Source: Chiloscyllium plagiosum
Taxonomy: Eukaryota
NCBI RefSeq assembly: GCF_004010195.1
Contig: NC_057719.1
Coordinates: forward strand, 38,043,722-38,107,721
Reading direction: 5' to 3'
DNA length: 64,000 nucleotides
A program made the position numbers and the translations under genes. This document shows positions 60,932 through 64,000 of the stretch, piece by piece (position 1 is the stretch's first letter; every line of letters starts with the position of its first letter). The notes under the pieces are model-generated. The model did not search any database. It was not told the origin of the DNA and saw only the letters and a list, made by a program, of their open reading frames with translations.

Positions 60932-62940
60932 ATATACGCACCTCCCTCTGTGTGAAAAAGGGGCAACTTTTAAATTTTTCTTCACTCACTTTAAACCTAT
61001 GCCCTCCACCCCCGTCTACCTGTGACTTCACTTTCAAGGAACTGTGAACCTACATTCCAAGGTGTCTCTTTTTTTTTTAACAGCAACACCTCCCAGGAAC
61101 TTACTATTAAGTTTATTAATCCTGCCTTGATTTATCTTTTCAAAATGCATCATCTCACATTCATCTAAATTAAACTTTATCTGCCATTCTTTGGCCCATC
61201 TGATCAGGAACCCATTGTAATCTTCATTGTCCACCATACCTCCATAGAGTCATAGAGATGTACAGCATGGAAAAAGACCCTTCGGTCCAACCCATCCACA
61301 CTGACCAGATATCCCAACCCAATCTAGTCCCACCTATTAGATTTGAAATAGTGATGGAAAAGGATAGACCAGATCTAAAAATTGAAGTTCTAAATTGGAG
61401 AAAGGCCAATTTTGACGGTATTAGGCAAGAACTTTCGAAAGCTGATTGAAGGCAGTTGTTTGAAGGTAAAGGGACAGCTGGAAAATGGGAAGCCTTCAGA
61501 AATGAGATAACGAGAATCCAGAGACCTCCAATTTTGGTGTCATCTGCTAACTTAATAACTCTTCCTCCTGTGTTCACATTCAAATCATTTATATAAATGA
61601 GAAAAGCAGTGGACCCAGCATTGACCCTTCAGGCACACCGCTGGTCACAGGTCTCAAGTCTGAAAAGCAACCCTCCACCACCACCCTCTGTCTTCTACCT
61701 TTTGAGCCAGTTCTGTATCCAAATGGCTGTTTCTCCCTGTGTTCCATGTGATCTAATCTTGCTAACCACTCTACCATGAGGAACCTTGTCAAATGCCTTA
61801 CTGAAGTCCATATAGATCGCATCCACCATTCTGCCCTCATCAATCCTCTTCGTTCTTCAAAAAAACTCAATCAAGTTAGTGAGACACAATTTCCACACAC
61901 AAAGCCATGTTGACTATCCCTAATCAATTGTTGCCTCTCCAAATATGTGTAAACTCTGTCAGGATTCGATCCAACAACTTGCCCACCACCGATGTCAGGC
62001 TAACTGGTCTATAATTCACTGGCTTTTCCTTACCACCTTTCTTAAATGTTAGCCAACCTCCAGTCTTCTGGCACCTCGCCTGTGGCTGTTGATACAATAT
62101 CCCAGCAAGGGGTCCAATAATCACTTCCCTAGCTTCCTACAGCATTCTAGGATATACCTGATCCGGTCCTGGGGATTTATCAACCTTTTATGCAGTACCA
62201 TCTCTTCTGTAATTTGGGCATTTTTGGGTCGTTATCTTTTTTTTTCCACATTCTCTATTTTCCATATGCTTTTGCACAGTAAACACTGATACAAAATACT
62301 TAGTTAGCATCTTCCCCCATCTCCTGTGGTTCCACAGATAGGTGGCCTTGCTGATCTTTAAGAGGACCTATTCTCTCCCCAGTTATCCTTTGTCCTTTAT
62401 ATATTTGTAAAAACCCTTTGGATTCTCCTTAACCCTATTTGCCAAAGCTATCTCACATCCCCTTTTTTGCCCTCCTGATTTCCCTCTTATGCACACTCCT
62501 GCCACCTTTTCACTTTTCGATGGAATCACTGATTTCTGCTGTCTTTAACATGGGATTCCTTCTTATTCTTGACCAAAACCTCAATTTCCCTAGTCATCCA
62601 GCATTCCCTTCACCCTAGAGGAACATACTGTCTCTTGACTGTCGTTGCCTTTTTTTTTAAGGCTTTTCATTTTCCAGCTGTCCCCAGTCAACTTTTGAAA
62701 GTTCTTTGTCTAATACTATCACAATTAGCCTTCCTCCAATTTGGAACTTTAACTTTTAGATCCAGTCTATCCTTTTTCATCACAATTATTAAAACTAATA
62801 GAATTATGGTCACTGGCCCCAATTTGCTCCCATATTGATACCTCAGTCACCTGCCTGCCATATTTCCCAACATTGGGTCCAGTTTTGCACCTTCTCTAAA
62901 GGTACATCCATGTATTGAATCAGAAAACCTTTTAGTGCAC
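60932..62940 (-). mobile_element. CR1 ORF2, decayed, with nested 5'-inverted CR1 (61245-61523)
   Basis: NYRPVSLTSVVGKLL, SGVPEGSMLGP and KLADDTK on the minus strand. Confidence 0.85.
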
Positions 62941-62944
62941 CTAA

Positions 62945-63940
62945 CAAAAGAGCTAAGAGCAAAAGTAAGCTATCTCGCTCTTCGAGCCCACTCTGCTATT
63001 CAGTATGATCATGGCTGACCTTTCCTTGCCTCACTCCACTTACCTGCCCTTTCACCATAACCTTAATTCCTTTTCTATTCAAAAAAGTATCACTCTTAGC
63101 TTTAAACACATTTACTGAGGAAGCCTCAACTCCTTCATTGGGCAGGGGATGCACAGATTCTCAACCCTTTGAGTGAAGAAGTTCCTTCTCAATCCGGTCT
63201 TAAATCTGCTCCCCTAATTTTGAGGCTATGTCCTCTTGTTCTAGTTTCACCTGGCAGTGGAAGCTTCCACTCTCCTTGTATGTTATCTATTACCTTCATA
63301 ATTTTATCTTGATATAAGATAGCCCTTCATTTTTCTAAATTCTAATGAATATAATCCCAGTCTACTCAGTCTTTCCTCGTAAGCCAATCCTCTCAACTCT
63401 GGAATCAATCTAGTGAATCTCCTCGGCACCCCCTCTAGTGCCAGTATATTTCTTTTCAAGTAAGGAGGCTAAAACTGCGTGCACTACTCCAGGTGTGGCC
63501 TCACCAGCACCCTGTAGAGCTGCAACATAACCTCCCCTGCTTTTAAACTCAGTCCCTTTAGCAATGACGGGCAATATTCCATTTGCCTTTTTAATTACCT
63601 GTTGTACCTGCAGATGGAACTTCTGCTATTCATGCACAAGGGCACCCAGGTCCCTCTGCACAGCAGCATGCTGTAATTTTTTACCATTCAAACAATAGAC
63701 CTTTTTACTGTTATTCCTACGAAATAGATGACTTCATATTTATAAATATTGTACTCCATCTGCCAGACCTTTGGCCACTCACTTAAAGTAACTATGTCCC
63801 TCTGCAAAGTTTCACAGTCCTCTGCATGATATGTACATGTCATCCGCAAACTTTGACCCACTAGACTAGTGGTCCCCCAACTCCAAATCATCTATATGTA
63901 AATTGTGAATAATTGCAGTCCCAACACTGATCCCTGATGA
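62945..63940 (-). mobile_element. CR1 RT C-half and 3' UTR
   Basis: LQRDIVTLSEW.KVWQMEYN and LVRPHLE motifs on the minus strand. Confidence 0.82.
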
Positions 63941-64000
63941 ACTTATCTTAATTTTGCTTTGGTTGATAGGGTTTTCCATTAATGTTTTTTTATCTGCACT

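Larger units (their letters stand above)
45545..64000 (+). other. RCOR1: RCOR1 intron 2 (incomplete; exon 3 not found in window)
   Basis: GT donor at 45545. I did not recognise the expected next exon (AKLARRSQERDNLGMLVWSP-like) downstream by eye. Confidence 0.7.

Overview
Eukaryotic vertebrate DNA, almost certainly from a shark (inferred from the HE1/V-SINE, CR1 and Penelope repertoire), with two assembly gaps (53107-53425 and 59403-59414). The only host gene I can support is the 5' end of RCOR1 (CoREST) on the + strand. It has a CpG-island/CCAAT/GC-box promoter (~44.7-45.2 kb), coding exon 1 (45166-45355), a 132-nt intron, a 57-nt exon 2 (45488-45544), and a long intron 2 running past the window end. 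Most of the rest is nested, decayed transposons: several CR1 families, an L2-like and a second CR1/L2-group LINE, Rex1/Babar, tRNA-derived SINEs, two PIF/Harbinger remnants, Tigger/pogo-like MITEs and probable solo LTRs. The most interesting signal is a set of short fold-back (palindromic) insertions built from the 3' ends of Penelope-like elements (PLEs). They carry minimal hammerhead-ribozyme motifs (CTGANGA...GAAACGTC), often sit between 12-16 bp target-site duplications, and their two arms share copy-specific variants. About four sequence families appear, from a 47-bp micro-insertion to a ~2.4-kb inverted structure in the RCOR1 intron. TE boundaries were read by eye and are approximate unless a TSD or TIR is given.
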